From a virus (taxonomy: Duplodnaviria > Heunggongvirae > Uroviricota > Caudoviricetes): 64,000 nt of DNA. The stretch lies in IMG/VR virus record IMGVR_UViG_3300025000_000056; one strand, given 5' to 3'. Within the stretch, counting starts at the first letter, position 1. Each line of letters begins with the position of its first letter. Shown piece after piece: positions 62,389-64,000 of this stretch. The notes beneath the pieces are model-generated. The model saw nothing but the letters and a program-made list of their open reading frames with translations, did no database searches and was not told where the DNA came from. The translations under genes and the position numbers were made by a program.

Positions 62389-64000
62389 AATTTATCTATG
62401 CAACAGACGCTCAGTTAAAAGCATCAAATCCTGGTTGTCGACTTGATAACTTCCCTACTGCTATGAAAGCAAAGTTCTTTGAACTTGGTGAAGTTGCCCG
62501 TGCTGAAAATGCTGAGGCTATCTTTATTGGTGGAGACTTATTCGATGGACCTAAGACCAGTAATAAATTCTTAGGTGAGATCGGCGAGATCTTTAAGAAA
62601 TATCATTGTCCAGTCTATGTTGTACCGGGTAATCATGATCTCTTTGGATATAGTTTAAGTACCGTTGACCAGACTTCACTGGGCGTGCTGGCTAAACATG
62701 GTGTTATTAAGCTATTAACCAGGGCCAGTGGCCCTGAGTTCTTTATGGATAAGAACGGCTGTGAAGTATCCTTTGAAGGTCAAGAGTTTCATAAAGACAT
62801 TGATCAGGGAAAACCGGAAGATGATTATTACGTTACGTCTAAAGCTCAAGTACGTGTTTTAATACCTCACGGGATGTTAATACCAAAACCGTTCTTTGGA
62901 GCCTTTACATTGATCGGAGACTTACCGCTGCATGGCGGGCCGGATCTTATCTTAGGCGCTCACTATCATCCAGGGTTTGCGACTATACAGCACGGCGATA
63001 CTATGGTTGCGAATCCTAAAGCAATGGCACGAGATGAGGCCAGTGATGGAAACTATCACCTAGATGCTCCTAGATATCTAGTACTAGATGTTGATCCTTC
63101 CCAACATAAGTTCAGCCTTGACATACGTGAATTCGTAACGGCTAAGCCTGGAACCGAGGTTATTAATCGACAGGCATTGCTTGATAAGAAAGCTAAGGAT
63201 GCATCACTCACAAACTTTAAAACTAGCATTGATACGACAACGACTGTAGCTTGTGACATTCAAGGTATTCTACGAAACATTGCAACACAAGCCGGTATTG
63301 ATTCGCTAATTCAACTTAAGGCATTAGATGCTATGGCTCAAGCCGAATCAGCAGAAGTCTCTGTTAGTTCTGTATCGGGATATGTTGAAAAGACTGGGAC
63401 ATTATCGATCACAAGAGTGATCTTAAATAACTTTCAATCTCATGCTCATACTGAGGTTGATCTAGGAAGTGGCCTCAATGCCTTCACTGGATCGAGCGAC
63501 TGTGGAAAGACAGCCATCTTCAGAGCAATTCGATGGGTACTTTATAACGACCCGAAAGGATCCGACTTCATTAGGACAGGAACAAAGAAATGCTCAGTTA
63601 CCCTGGAGTTTTCAGATGGAACTAAGATCACGAGAGAAAGAACTTCATCAGGAGCAGGGAGCTATTCAATTTATGATCCCGTCCAAGGAGCCGTTACAGA
63701 CTACAAAGGATTTGCAAACAACGTACCTGTCGAAGTTTTCAATGCTCATCAAATGCCTAAGACCCGACTTACCAAAGACCTTGAGATCAGTCTCAATCTC
63801 GCAACCCAACTCGAAGGCCCTTTCCTGTTATCAGAAACAGCAGGAGTACGGGCGACAGCCATTGGACGGCTTACAGGTGTTCATATAGTTGATGCAGCGA
63901 TTCGTGACATTGGACGTGAGATTATCAATGGTAACAGTTATGTTAAGAGTCAAGAGAAGCAATTAGAATCTGTTGAGGAAAAGCTCAAGGGATTTGAAGA
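62384..64000 (+). CDS. sbcD: SbcD (Mre11-like nuclease) continuing in frame into an SbcC/Rad50-like ATPase N-terminus; partial, runs off the window
   Basis: ATG 7 nt after AAGGAG; phosphoesterase motifs GGDLFD and GNHD. From about 63400 an SbcC-like N-terminus appears (NNFQSH...GSSDCGKTAIF, Walker A) with no intervening stop. Absent from the ORF track because no stop lies inside the window. Confidence 0.6.

Noticed and set aside
1453-63259. Numerous 60-120-codon minus-strand ORFs in the track (for example 1453-1740, 2520-2726, 2910-3263, 8869-9136, 19795-20154, 20272-20595, 29908-30174, 31644-32000, 59390-59821, 63056-63259)
   Set aside because: All lie entirely inside well-supported + strand genes and lack RBS. 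The genome is otherwise strictly co-directional. These are antisense frames of coding sequence.

Overview
This window reads as a phage genome segment: low GC, almost every gene on the + strand, strong Firmicutes-style AGGAGG ribosome-binding sites, and frequent TTG/GTG starts. Nothing here was searched or folded by computer; all calls are from reading the sequence. Recognisable genes include an AAA+ ATPase, a MoxR-like ATPase paired with a VWA-domain protein, an SNF2 helicase, RecJ, an ATP-dependent DNA ligase, family-4 UDG, dUTPase, NUDIX, DnaE-type Pol III alpha, SSB, RecA, UvrD/PcrA, an SbcD-SbcC ORF running off the window end, a 3D-domain cell-wall hydrolase, an SPFH/NfeD pair, GroES, a BRO antirepressor and two HNH endonucleases. 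The most unusual part is a 2-kb ORF-free island (15.9-17.9 kb) followed by an RNA-gene cluster (18.7-22.4 kb). That region holds a C-depleted GTA-rich repeat tract, four covarying GTTGAAA hairpins, a tmRNA-like gene, about 69-nt tRNA-like elements whose anticodon arm is a tetraloop-capped mini-hairpin, and tRNA-like genes of 120-167 nt with related inserted segments; a further element of the same family sits at 8.4 kb, and the family recurs through the RNA-gene cluster. One carries a 123-nt insertion flanked by a 5-bp direct repeat. Other leads are a Cys-rich peptide next to a compact radical SAM enzyme and AAA ATPase (1.0-3.9 kb), at least nine paralogs of small zinc-ribbon proteins ending in an IVIPD-type tail, five proteins with SSB-like C-terminal PF tips, a conserved promoter-leader motif found 11 times, a family of pyrimidine/purine-arm GC-rich hairpins after stop codons, a probable ATT start for Pol III alpha, and a 1179-aa protein with tandem modules and a Met-rich C-terminal repeat.
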